DNA from: an archaeon
GTDB lineage: Archaea > Iainarchaeota > Iainarchaeia > Iainarchaeales > JANQMZ01
NCBI GenBank assembly: GCA_028279805.1
Contig: JANQMZ010000007.1
Span: forward strand, 570,001-602,000
Reading direction: 5' to 3'
DNA: 32,000 nucleotides
Shown here: positions 7,518-17,009 of the stretch, in pieces
How the letters are laid out: every line of letters starts with the position of its first letter
How positions within the stretch are numbered: position 1 is the stretch's first letter
Position numbers and translations under genes: made by a program
The notes under the pieces: generated by a model
Databases searched by the model: none
What the model saw: only the letters and a program-made list of their open reading frames with translations
Told to the model about the DNA's origin: nothing

Positions 7518-10500
7518 GTGAAAAAAAACCAACACAATTTAGGGGTCTCCAGCGCAATTTTCAGGGGAGAGAAAGTGAGCAGAGTATTAAAAATAAAAAA
7601 AAGAAATGGCAAAATTGCAGATTTTGATGAAGAAAAAATCACAAACGCTATTTTTAAAGCAGCCAAAAGTGTTGGAGGGCAGGATTTTGAGGAATCACAA
7701 CGTTTGTCAGGCTTGGTTGTAAAAAAACTTGAATCAGAATTAAAGGAATCTGAGATAGCCGACGTTGAACAAATTCAGGATTTTGTTGAAAAAATATTAA
7801 TAGAGGAAGGGCATGCCCAGACCGCAAAATCTTATATTTTATACAGGGACAGACGCGCTCAGATGAGAAAAAAACGTTCACACATTAAGGGTTCTGTTGC
7901 TTTACCTGTCGGAATAGAAATTGAAAAAGAATTGGAAAATTTTCTGGAGGAAAAAAACCCGGAAATCAATGCAATGTTTTCACTTGAAGCAAAACTTGCA
8001 AAAAAAGTTGACATCGATTTATTAAAATCTTATAAACGGCTTTTTGCATTGTTAAAAAAAGCAATAGCTGAAGGGGAATTGCCTGTGCATCCTGACGGCA
8101 ATTATTTAAATGATTCAGAGCTTGGAAAAGACATTTATAACAAAAAATATTATTTGAAAAACCAGGAAGGAAAGGTAATTGAAAAAAATCCTGAAGATGC
8201 TTTTGTGAGATGGGCTGCTTTTGTTGCAGCAGCAGAACCTGAAAAAGAAGAGCAAAAAAAATGGGCTTTTGAATTTTACAAAGATTTGTATGAATCACAT
8301 TATGTTCCTGGAGGCAGGGTACTGGCAGGAGCAGGAGACTTGTTCAGATTAAAAACTTTGGCTAACTGTTTTGTGACAAAACTTGAAGATGACAACATTG
8401 AATCCATTTACAATGCAGCTTATGATTGCGCCAGAACCTATTCTTACGGAGGAGGCATCGGCGTTGACATAAGCGTTTTAAGACCAAAAGATGCCACAGT
8501 GCATAATGCTGCTGATAAAAGCACAGGCGCTGTATCGTTCATGGAATTATACTCACTGACAACCGGTTTGATTGGGCAGTCAGGAAGGCGGGGGGCATTA
8601 ATGTTAACATTGGATGTAAAGCATCCTGATGTTTTTGATTTTATTGACTGTAAAAAGAAAAGCAACTGGATTACAAATCAGATTGTCCAGCAGGCAAAAT
8701 GGTCCGGATTGTTTAATGAGGAACAATTAAATGAAATGGAAAAACAGGTGCGTGATAATACCCAGGTAAGGTTTGCAAACATCAGCCTGAAAACATCTGA
8801 TGAGTTTATGAAAGCGGTTGAGGAAGAAAATGTTTACGGTCCTGATAAAATTCTGTTATACAAGGAGAAAAAAGGACAGAATGAAAAAGGAGGACAGGAT
8901 TTTGAAAATGTTCATTATTCTGTTACAATTCCAAGCAAAACTTTGGATCATTACGAATTTGTTTCAGCTTTTGAAAACATTGAAGAATTAAATTCTTTTT
9001 TAACAGATTATGGCAAAAAAGTTTCAAATGAGGATCTGAATGACATAAACAAGAGAAACATTTTTGGAGATTATAGGATTTCCTTGGAAAATGAAAAATT
9101 TGACCTGGCAATAAAACATTCAGGAGACTTTTTGTTATACTTTAACCAGAAACAAACCGGTGAACTGAAAAGAATGGTTAAAGCAAGGGAAATATGGGAC
9201 AAGTTTGTTGAGAGTAATTATCATTCAGCTGAACCGGGTTTGCTGTTCTGGACAACCATGAGTGATTATTCCCCGTCAAACTATGCTGGCAGGCCTGTTG
9301 TAAGCACAAATCCATGCGGAGAAGTTCCACTGGAATCCGGGGGAGCATGTAATTTAGGGAGCATTAATTTGTCAATGTTTGTAAAAAATGGCTATGAAGA
9401 AAATGCTGAAATTGACTGGAATGCAATTGAAAAAGCTGCAAAAAATCTTACAAGATTTTTGGATAACGTGGTTTCATGGAACGAATCATTAAATGCTTTG
9501 GCAAGTCAGAAAACAGCTGCAGGAGAAACAAGAAGATTGGGATTAGGGGTTATGGGCATTGCAGACATGTTAAACCAGCTTGGAATAGGTTATGACAGTG
9601 AAAAAGGAATTGAATTAATAGGCAAAATAATGAGTTTTATTGCCAATGTTTCATATGAAGCTTCAGCAGAATTATCCGAAGAAAAAGGCCCGAGCCCTAT
9701 TTTTAATTATGAAAATTATTCACAAAATCCTTTCTTTAAAGAAGCATTGTCAAATGAAACAAAAAAACTGGTTAAAGAAAAAGGCTTAAGAAATATTGCA
9801 ATACTGTCAATTGCCCCGACAGGTTCAATTTCAAATATTGCTGTGGGATACAAAAATGGTAAAAAAAATTATATCGGAATAAGCAGCGGAATAGAACCCA
9901 TTTTTTCATTATATTATACAAGGCGTTCAGAATCTTTTGGAAATAAGCTGTTTAAGGTTTTTCATTCAACAGTTCAGGCTTATCTGGATAAAAAAAAGTT
10001 AAATGACAAAGTAAAAGATGAGGAAATTGAAGGTTTAAAAGGAATTTTGCCTGAAGAATTTTTCAGAACAGCTCATTTTGTTGAACCTGAAATGCGTGTC
10101 AAAATTCAGGGAATTTGCCAGAAATACATTGACCACAGCATTTCGTCAACGGTTAATCTGCCTGAAAGCGTCAGCCCTGAAACAATTTCGGATATTTATT
10201 TAAAAGCATGGAAAAACAGGTTAAAAGGAATAACAATTTACAGGGATGGAAGCCGTTACCCAATTTTAAGTGTTCAAAAACAACAATCAGCTTTTACTGA
10301 TACAAAAAACAAACAGTTTCAGGTTCAGATTGATGAAAAAGAAGTAAAGGCAAAAGGGGATCAGGTTGTAAAAGTTCATGGAAAACTTACAACACCTTTT
10401 CACATTCTTTACAACAAAGAAAACGGCCATATAAAAATTCAGGAAATTGAAAAAGAAGAAAAAACAAAAACACTGACAACAACAGGAGAACAGGAATCAG

Positions 10501-10571
10501 ACAAAAGTCAGGGCGGCGTCTGCAAAATAGAATTTGTTGACGGAAAGCTTGTGAAAAGCTGTGAAGACTGA
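7518..10571 (+). CDS. nrdJ: Adenosylcobalamin-dependent (class II) ribonucleoside reductase with N-terminal ATP-cone; true start may be GTG at 7575
   Basis: ATP-cone-like N-terminus KIKKRNGKIADFDEEKITNAIFKA, NCFVTKLED, STNPCGEVPLESGGACNLGSINLSMF, RRLGLGVMGIADMLNQLG, SIAPTGSISNIA. GGGGAG sits about 5 nt before the GTG at 7575. Confidence 0.92.
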   Translation: MKKNQHNLGVSSAIFRGEKVSRVLKIKKRNGKIADFDEEKITNAIFKAAKSVGGQDFEESQRLSGLVVKKLESELKESEIADVEQIQDFVEKILIEEGHAQTAKSYILYRDRRAQMRKKRSHIKGSVALPVGIEIEKELENFLEEKNPEINAMFSLEAKLAKKVDIDLLKSYKRLFALLKKAIAEGELPVHPDGNYLNDSELGKDIYNKKYYLKNQEGKVIEKNPEDAFVRWAAFVAAAEPEKEEQKKWAFEFYKDLYESHYVPGGRVLAGAGDLFRLKTLANCFVTKLEDDNIESIYNAAYDCARTYSYGGGIGVDISVLRPKDATVHNAADKSTGAVSFMELYSLTTGLIGQSGRRGALMLTLDVKHPDVFDFIDCKKKSNWITNQIVQQAKWSGLFNEEQLNEMEKQVRDNTQVRFANISLKTSDEFMKAVEEENVYGPDKILLYKEKKGQNEKGGQDFENVHYSVTIPSKTLDHYEFVSAFENIEELNSFLTDYGKKVSNEDLNDINKRNIFGDYRISLENEKFDLAIKHSGDFLLYFNQKQTGELKRMVKAREIWDKFVESNYHSAEPGLLFWTTMSDYSPSNYAGRPVVSTNPCGEVPLESGGACNLGSINLSMFVKNGYEENAEIDWNAIEKAAKNLTRFLDNVVSWNESLNALASQKTAAGETRRLGLGVMGIADMLNQLGIGYDSEKGIELIGKIMSFIANVSYEASAELSEEKGPSPIFNYENYSQNPFFKEALSNETKKLVKEKGLRNIAILSIAPTGSISNIAVGYKNGKKNYIGISSGIEPIFSLYYTRRSESFGNKLFKVFHSTVQAYLDKKKLNDKVKDEEIEGLKGILPEEFFRTAHFVEPEMRVKIQGICQKYIDHSISSTVNLPESVSPETISDIYLKAWKNRLKGITIYRDGSRYPILSVQKQQSAFTDTKNKQFQVQIDEKEVKAKGDQVVKVHGKLTTPFHILYNKENGHIKIQEIEKEEKTKTLTTTGEQESDKSQGGVCKIEFVDGKLVKSCED

Positions 10572-10654
10572 TTTTTCAAATTTTTTATACATAAAAAAAA
10601 GTTTTTAATTCAAAATTTTTAAGTAAAAATTGTTTGAATTTTTCAACTGCAAAG

Positions 10655-10665
10655 CTTTTTATTAG
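10655..10665 (+). promoter_or_regulatory. TATA-like box upstream of the structured RNA candidate
   Basis: CTTTTTATTAG centred about 27 nt before the first base of the folded element. Confidence 0.4.
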
Positions 10666-10686
10666 TTTTGAAGGAATAGCTATATC

Positions 10687-10770
10687 GGTGTGGTTGGGAG
10701 CCCGAGTTGTTAATCCCCTGCGATTAACACTTTGAAATTCTCCGGAATTTACTTGGGTTTTATCCACACC
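10687..10770 (+). ncRNA. Candidate structured non-coding RNA with a three-way junction (family unknown)
   Basis: Hand fold: GGTGTGG(10687-10693)/CCACACC(10764-10770); TGGGA(10695-10699)/TTTTA(10758-10762) with G-U pairs; CCCGAGT(10701-10707)/ACTTGGG(10751-10757); TGTTAAT(10708-10714)/ATTAACA(10723-10729); AAATTC(10735-10740)/GAATTT(10745-10750). Followed by CTATTTTTTATAG. Confidence 0.65.
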
Positions 10771-10878
10771 ATTTGCCTATTTTTTATAGTATTATCCGGT
10801 TTAGCCATTGAACCATTTTTTGTCCAATAAAAAGCCTTAAAACACTTAATAGCCTGATTATTTACGCAGGGTGATTTC

Positions 10879-11688
10879 TTGCCAAAAAAAACAACAAAAA
10901 CAAACGGAAAAAAAAAAATAAAAAAAGCCCAGCAAATTAAAAAAATTGAAAAACAGGCAAAAAAAATAATTGATGAAACAACCCATAAAAGCACTGATCT
11001 GGACAGAGTTAAAACAGGAATCACAGGGCTTGACGAATTGTTGTATGGCGGAATTCCGAAAGGGAATTTAGTTGTTTTGTCGGGCAATCCGGGTTCGGGA
11101 AAAAGCATTTTATGCTTGCAGTTTATTAACAGCGGAATAATAAATAATAAAGAAAAAGCTGTTTTTATTTCATTGGAAGATGAAAAAGAACAAATTATTA
11201 AAACGGCAGCACAATTCGGATGGGATTTTAAAAAACATATTGATGAAAAAAACCTTGTAATTGAAACAATTGAATTATACGATTTTGAAAAATTAAAAAA
11301 TTCAGTGGAAGACTTGTGCCACAGAGTAGGGGCTTCAAGGCTTGTTATTGACCCCGGAGTAATATTCAGATTATATTTTGAGAGAGAGTTAGATGCCAGA
11401 AAAAAAATTTTGGCTTTAAGCAGAATGCTCAGAAAAATTAATGTTACCACAATAATTACAAACGAATTATCAACAGAGGGGCCAAGTTCTTTGTTCGGAT
11501 TGGAAGAATATGTTGCAGACGGAGTAATACTGTTATACCATACAAGGCTGAAAAACAAGTTTGTACGGGGAATAGGAGTTCAAAAAATGCGCGGAACAAG
11601 AATAAGTGAAAAACTTTACCCTTTAACTATAAGCAAAAAAGGAATAACGGTTTACCCGCAGCAGGAATTGTTGCAGGATATTCTTTAA
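10879..11688 (+). CDS. Single-domain KaiC/RadA-superfamily ATPase
   Basis: TGITGLDELLYGGIPKGNLVVLSGNPGSGKSILCLQF Walker A region and KIRRINVTTIITNE-like strand (RKINVTTIITNE). TTG start preceded by GGTGAT. Confidence 0.88.
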   Translation: MPKKTTKTNGKKKIKKAQQIKKIEKQAKKIIDETTHKSTDLDRVKTGITGLDELLYGGIPKGNLVVLSGNPGSGKSILCLQFINSGIINNKEKAVFISLEDEKEQIIKTAAQFGWDFKKHIDEKNLVIETIELYDFEKLKNSVEDLCHRVGASRLVIDPGVIFRLYFERELDARKKILALSRMLRKINVTTIITNELSTEGPSSLFGLEEYVADGVILLYHTRLKNKFVRGIGVQKMRGTRISEKLYPLTISKKGITVYPQQELLQDIL

Positions 11689-11737
11689 CGGAAATTCGCT
11701 CTGCTTTCTTTTAAAAACAGTTTAAAGAGATTTTTTT

Positions 11738-13132
11738 ATGGAAAAAAAAGAAAAAGAATTTTTTAATAAAATAAAAACAATTGCGGAAGAAATAAAAAAA
11801 AATGACAATTTTGTTGTATTGCATCATTATGATGCTGACGGAGTTTCATCCGGAGCAATAATATGCAAGGCACTGGAAAGGGAAAATAAAAAATTCAAAG
11901 TCAAATGGGTTAAACAGCTTTACTCCGAAGATATTAAGGAAATTAAGGGACTGGGAAAAAAATATTTGTTTGTTGATTTTGGGAGCAACTATTTAAAAGA
12001 ATTAAAAAAAGAATTCGGAAAAAATTTTATTGTAATAGACCATCACCAGGCTTCAGGCAATTCAGAATTCCACTTAAACCCCTTAAATTTTGGAATTGAC
12101 GGAGGCAAAGAAATTTCAGCAGCAGGACTGGCTTTTTTGGTTGCAAAAGAATTAAATGAAAAAAATTCTGATTTGTCTGCTTTGGCGGTTATAGGTGCAT
12201 GCGGGGACATGCAGGATTCCGGGGGACAATTAACAGGTTTAAATGCCCGGATTTTAAAAGAAGCAGAAAAAGAAAAAATTGTTTCAGTTAAAAACGATTT
12301 AAGATTATATGGGAGAATAGGGAGGCCTCTGGCACAATTTTTGGTTTATTCAAATAGTCCTGTTCTGCCAGAATTAACGGCAAACGAAGAAGCATGCGTT
12401 CAGTTTTTAAAAAACAATCATATTCCGGTTAAAAGAAATGAACAATGGTTAAGCTATGATGATTTAGGGCCGGATTATAAAAAAAAATTTGTATCCGCCC
12501 TGATTTTGCATATGCAGAATCATAATGTGCCTGAATGGAAGTTACAGTCAATGATAGGAGAAGTTTATACTCTGGAAAAAGAGGAAAGAAAAACGCCTTT
12601 GCGGGATGCAAAAGAATTTGCCACACTTTTAAATGCCTGCGGGAGGTATGGAGAAGCAGATGTCGGGAGAAATGTTTGCATGGGAGACAGGGAAAAATGG
12701 TATCAAAAAGCTTTAGGCTTGTTGCAGGAGCACAGAATTAATTTGAGAAGCGGAATTGATTTTGTAATGCAAAGAGGTGTTGAAGAAAAAGAAAATTTTT
12801 ATTTTTTTGACGCAGAAGATAAAATAAAAGAATCAATTGTGGGAATAATAGCCGGAATGTTATACGGTTCGGGAGCGATTCAGGATAACAAACCCATAAT
12901 TGCTTTTGCAAGAAATGAGGACGGAGGAATAAAAGTTAGTGCGAGAGGAACACAGGATTTGATAAGGAAGGGATTAAACCTCGGAGGAGTGTTAAAAAAA
13001 GTGTGCTTAGAGCTTGGTGAAAAAAGTGAGGGCGGGGGCCATAAAATAGCGGCAGGCTGCAGAATTGATTTGGAAGAAAAAGAAATTTTTTTGCAAAAAT
13101 TGGATAAAAAAATAAAGCAGTCTTATACATAA
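11738..13132 (+). CDS. DHH/DHHA1 family phosphoesterase (archaeal RecJ-like)
   Basis: LHHYDADGVSSGAI, FVDFG, VIDHHQASG, and C-terminal EGGGHKIAAGCRI (DHHA1 motif). Confidence 0.88.
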   Translation: MEKKEKEFFNKIKTIAEEIKKNDNFVVLHHYDADGVSSGAIICKALERENKKFKVKWVKQLYSEDIKEIKGLGKKYLFVDFGSNYLKELKKEFGKNFIVIDHHQASGNSEFHLNPLNFGIDGGKEISAAGLAFLVAKELNEKNSDLSALAVIGACGDMQDSGGQLTGLNARILKEAEKEKIVSVKNDLRLYGRIGRPLAQFLVYSNSPVLPELTANEEACVQFLKNNHIPVKRNEQWLSYDDLGPDYKKKFVSALILHMQNHNVPEWKLQSMIGEVYTLEKEERKTPLRDAKEFATLLNACGRYGEADVGRNVCMGDREKWYQKALGLLQEHRINLRSGIDFVMQRGVEEKENFYFFDAEDKIKESIVGIIAGMLYGSGAIQDNKPIIAFARNEDGGIKVSARGTQDLIRKGLNLGGVLKKVCLELGEKSEGGGHKIAAGCRIDLEEKEIFLQKLDKKIKQSYT

Positions 13133-13176
13133 CCATTTTTGTAATGTTTTTAAAAAGGGCGGGATTAGATTTTTAG

Positions 13177-14238
13177 ATGGACATAAAAAAATATTTGGAA
13201 TTAAAAAAATCCTCAATTGATAAGGAAATTGAAAAAATTGTTCCAAAAAAAATTAACCAAGAATGGATTGAATATGCTGTGGGAAAAGCAGATTATGCTT
13301 ATGAGCCTGAGTCATTAAATTTTGGATTAAGCAAACCAATTTGGGATTTGATTGAAAGGGGGGGGAAAAGATGGCGGCCTGCCCTGACAATTTTATGCTG
13401 TGAAGCGGTAGGAGGAACAGAAAAACAGGCACTGCCTTTCACGCCCTTGCCTGAACTTGTTCATGACGGAACACTGGTTGCGGATGACATTGAAGATTCT
13501 TCAAAAGAAAGGCGTGGAAAAAAAGCTTTGCATTTGATTTACGGGGAGGACATTGCGATTAATGCGGCATCCGCTTTGTATTTTTTGCCTTTAAGCGTTT
13601 TATATAAAAACACTCAAAAACTGGGTGAAAAAATAAAAAACTCGCTTTTTGATTTATACGGGGAAGAAATGGTTCGAGTCAGCCTGGGACAGGCAATGGA
13701 TATTTCATGGCACCGCGGAGTAAAAGAAAATATAACAGAAAAAGAATATTTGCAGATGTGTGTTTACAAAACAGGTGTTCTGGCAAGAATGTCAGCAAAG
13801 CTCGGGGCAATTGTAGGCGAAGGAACAAAAGAACAAATTGAAACACTTGGCAAATTCGGAGAATCTTTAGGAGTGGGCTTTCAGATAAAAGATGACATTT
13901 TAAACATTAAACCGGAATCAGACAAATGGGGAAAAAGCATCGGAGAAGATATTACTGAGGGTAAAAAAACGCTGATTTTAATAAAAGCATTGGAAGAATT
14001 AAAAAACGGAGAAAAAAAAGAGCTTGAACAGTTAATTAAAGGAAAAGTTAAAGAAAAAGAAAAAATTGAAAGAGCCATTGAATTAATTGAAAAAACAAAT
14101 GCAATTCAGTATGCTGAAAAAAAAGCTTTTGAAATTGTTTCAAATGCCTGGAATAACACTGAAAAAGTTTTAGAGGAAAGTGAGGCAAAATCTTTGCTTA
14201 AAGAATTTGCACAATACTGCATTAAAAGAAAAATCTAA
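13177..14238 (+). CDS. Polyprenyl (geranylgeranyl/farnesyl-type) diphosphate synthase
   Basis: GGKRWRPALTILCCEAVGG, first Asp-rich region LVHDGTLVADDIEDSS, second region GVGFQIKDDILNI. Confidence 0.9.
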   Translation: MDIKKYLELKKSSIDKEIEKIVPKKINQEWIEYAVGKADYAYEPESLNFGLSKPIWDLIERGGKRWRPALTILCCEAVGGTEKQALPFTPLPELVHDGTLVADDIEDSSKERRGKKALHLIYGEDIAINAASALYFLPLSVLYKNTQKLGEKIKNSLFDLYGEEMVRVSLGQAMDISWHRGVKENITEKEYLQMCVYKTGVLARMSAKLGAIVGEGTKEQIETLGKFGESLGVGFQIKDDILNIKPESDKWGKSIGEDITEGKKTLILIKALEELKNGEKKELEQLIKGKVKEKEKIERAIELIEKTNAIQYAEKKAFEIVSNAWNNTEKVLEESEAKSLLKEFAQYCIKRKI

Positions 14239-16919
14239 TTTATGCCGTTGCCTAAAGCCGCATGAGCGGAAGCCAGTCTTGCAACAGGCACTCTGTAAGG
14301 AGAACATGAAACATAATCTAATCCTGCAGAATGGCAAAATTTAATTGATTCAGGGTCTCCTCCGTGTTCCCCGCATATTCCGACACTGAAGTTTTTTTTA
14401 ATTTTCCTTGCTTTTTTGACAGCCATGTCAACCAAAATCCCGACGCCGTTACTGTCAAGAGTCATAAAAGGGTTTTCAGGCAAAATTCCTTTTTCCAGAT
14501 AAATTGCCATAAATTTTGCTTCCACATCATCTCTTGAAAAACCAAAAGTTGTCTGAGTCAGGTCATTTGTTCCGAATGAAAAAAAGTCTGCATGTTCTGC
14601 AACCCTGTCTGCAACAAGGCATGCTCTGGGCAATTCAATCATTGTTCCTATTTTGTAAGGAATTTTTTTCTTATATTTTTTTAAAACACTTTTAGCGGCT
14701 TTCAATGAAACCTGTCTTAATTCTTTTAATTCTCCTGAAACGCCTACAAGAGGAATCATTACCTGCGGCTTGACCTTGAATCCTCTTTTTGCAGCTTTAA
14801 CCGCTGCTTCAAAAATTGCCTGAACCTGCATTTCATAAATTTCAGGAAAAACAATTCCAAGCCTGCATCCCCTGTGTCCAAGCATTGGATTTGACTCTGA
14901 TAATTCTGAAACAATTTGATATAATTGCTGTTCTTTTAACAAGTCAGATTTGTTTCTTTCAAATTCAAGTTTTACTATTTTTCCCATCAACTCTTCCTTG
15001 TTTGGCAAAAACTCATGCAAAGGAGGGTCAAGCAAGCGAATAATGACAGGATAGCCCGACATTGCCTTAAAAATTCCGTAAAAATCGTTTCTCTGCATTG
15101 GCAACAATTTTTTTAAAGCATTTTTTCTCTCTTTCAAAGTTCTGCTTAAAATCATTTTTCGGACAATAGGCAATCTTTTTTTATCCATAAACATGTGTTC
15201 CGTTCTGCACAAACCAATTCCTTCAGCTCCAAACATTCTGGCTTTGGAAGAATCTTCAGGATTGTCCGCATTTGTCCTCACACCCAACGTTCTGAAAGAG
15301 TCAGCCCATCTGAGTAATTTTTCCATGTTAGGATTTAAAGTTGGTTCAATTGTCGGCACCCGTCCAAGAATAACTTTGCCGGTTGTACCGTCAATTGTTA
15401 CAACGTCACCCTCTTTTAACTCGGTTGAACCTATTAGGCATGTTTTATTTTTTTCATTAATTTTTAAAACGTCACAGCCTGCAATGCACGGTTTTCCCAT
15501 TCCCCTTGCAACAACCGCAGCATGTGAAGTCATACCGCCTCTTGCAGTAAGAATTCCCTGAGCTTCAATCATTCCGTGAATGTCATCAGGAGTGGTTTCA
15601 GGGGCAACAAGCAAAACCTTCCTTCCTTTCCTTCCAAGCATTTCAGCTGTATCAGCATCAAAAACAATTTTTCCCGCAGCAGCCCCGGGAGAAGCAGCTA
15701 ACCCTGTACCTATTTCCTGAACATCTGCTTTGGGGTCAATTCTCCGGTGTAAAAGCTTGTCAAGCTGGGTTGGTTCAATTCTTAAAACAGCTTCTTTTTT
15801 TGAAATTAATTTTTCTTTGTTTAAATCAACAGCTATTTTTACAGCTGCTTCAGGCGTTCTCTTGCCTTTCCTGGTCTGAAGCATGAAAAGTTTGCCTTTT
15901 TCAAAAGTAAATTCCATGTCCTGAACATCCCTGAAATGCTTTTCAAGTTTTTTTGAAATTGTTTCAAGCTGTTTATAAATTTCAGGCAACTCTTTTTTCA
16001 GTTCCTTTATTTGTTTCGGAGTTCTTATTCCAGCAACAACATCTTCTCCCTGAGCATTAACCAAGTATTCGCCATAAAATTCTTTTTTTCCATTTGAAGG
16101 ATTTCTTGTAAAAGCAACTCCTGTTCCAGAAGTTTTTCCCATATTTCCAAAAACCATTGACTGAACATTTACCCCTGTTCCAAGATTGTCAGGAATATTA
16201 TTGGCTTTTCTGTAAGTTATTGCCCTTTTAACATTCCAGGAATCAAAAACAGCTTTTATAGCCAAGTCAAGCTGTGTTTCAGGATCTGAAGGAAAATTTT
16301 TGTTTGTTTGTTTTTTTACAATTTCCTTATATTTTGTGATTATTTTTTCCCAGCTTGAATCGTTTAAATCAGAATCATTTTTTGCATTAATTCTTTTTTT
16401 TTCATTTTCCAGAACTTTTTCAAATTTTTTGTTTGAAACGCCTAAAACAACATCCGAAAACATTTGAATAAATCTTCTGTAAGCATCCAATGCAAAACGT
16501 TTATCGTTGGTCTGGGTTGCAAGAGCTTCAACTGTTTCATCATTTAATCCAAGATTTAAAACAGTGTCCATCATTCCCGGCATTGACACAGCAGAACCTG
16601 ATCTTACCGAAACAAGCAAAGGGTTTACATTAGAGCCGAATTTTTTTCCGGTTCTTTTTTCAAGCTTTTTTAAAGCATTGGAAATTTGTTTTTTTGCCTG
16701 GCCCGGAAGTTTTTTGTTTTTGGAAAGGTAATGGTTGCATGCAGCCGTTGTAATGGTAAAACCAGGGGGAACATTTAACCCCACGCGGGTCATTTCAGCC
16801 AGATTTGCCCCCTTTCCTCCCAGAATGGCTTTCATGTGCCTGTTTCCCTGGTCAAAAAAATAGACAAATTTTTTAGAATTCAAACTGCCCACAACCCAAC
16901 CCGTAACAAAAAAGTACAA
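14235..16919 (-). CDS. ppdK: Pyruvate, phosphate dikinase; real start probably somewhat downstream of 16919
   Basis: KFVYFFDQGNRHMKAILGGKGANLAEMTRVGLNVPPGFTITT, GGMTSHAAVVARGMGKPCIAGC, GTNDLTQTTFGFSRDD, GICGEHGGDPESIKFCHSAGLDYVSCSPYRVPVARLA. Confidence 0.95.
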   Translation of the reverse strand: MYFFVTGWVVGSLNSKKFVYFFDQGNRHMKAILGGKGANLAEMTRVGLNVPPGFTITTAACNHYLSKNKKLPGQAKKQISNALKKLEKRTGKKFGSNVNPLLVSVRSGSAVSMPGMMDTVLNLGLNDETVEALATQTNDKRFALDAYRRFIQMFSDVVLGVSNKKFEKVLENEKKRINAKNDSDLNDSSWEKIITKYKEIVKKQTNKNFPSDPETQLDLAIKAVFDSWNVKRAITYRKANNIPDNLGTGVNVQSMVFGNMGKTSGTGVAFTRNPSNGKKEFYGEYLVNAQGEDVVAGIRTPKQIKELKKELPEIYKQLETISKKLEKHFRDVQDMEFTFEKGKLFMLQTRKGKRTPEAAVKIAVDLNKEKLISKKEAVLRIEPTQLDKLLHRRIDPKADVQEIGTGLAASPGAAAGKIVFDADTAEMLGRKGRKVLLVAPETTPDDIHGMIEAQGILTARGGMTSHAAVVARGMGKPCIAGCDVLKINEKNKTCLIGSTELKEGDVVTIDGTTGKVILGRVPTIEPTLNPNMEKLLRWADSFRTLGVRTNADNPEDSSKARMFGAEGIGLCRTEHMFMDKKRLPIVRKMILSRTLKERKNALKKLLPMQRNDFYGIFKAMSGYPVIIRLLDPPLHEFLPNKEELMGKIVKLEFERNKSDLLKEQQLYQIVSELSESNPMLGHRGCRLGIVFPEIYEMQVQAIFEAAVKAAKRGFKVKPQVMIPLVGVSGELKELRQVSLKAAKSVLKKYKKKIPYKIGTMIELPRACLVADRVAEHADFFSFGTNDLTQTTFGFSRDDVEAKFMAIYLEKGILPENPFMTLDSNGVGILVDMAVKKARKIKKNFSVGICGEHGGDPESIKFCHSAGLDYVSCSPYRVPVARLASAHAALGNGIN

Positions 16920-17009
16920 TAGTTTTTGGATAAAAACACTTTATAAAAATGATGTTAAGCAAACCAAAGGAATTTTAATAATTGGCTGGTAAATTTATCT
17001 GGGAATGGC

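Noticed and set aside
10687-10771. tRNA suggested by the GGTGTGG...CCACACC-A ends
   Set aside because: No T-arm (GGTTCRANTCC-like) before the 3' strand, no D-arm geometry and no 7-nt anticodon loop. The interior instead forms a three-way junction.
10749-11558. 269-aa minus-strand ORF
   Set aside because: Antisense to the KaiC-like gene, which has clear Walker motifs. Ser/Phe/Pro-rich composition is typical of the reverse of an A-rich coding strand.
15193-15561. 122-aa plus-strand ORF, and other small plus ORFs at 14816 and 16507
   Set aside because: Antisense to pyruvate phosphate dikinase, whose motifs cover the region.
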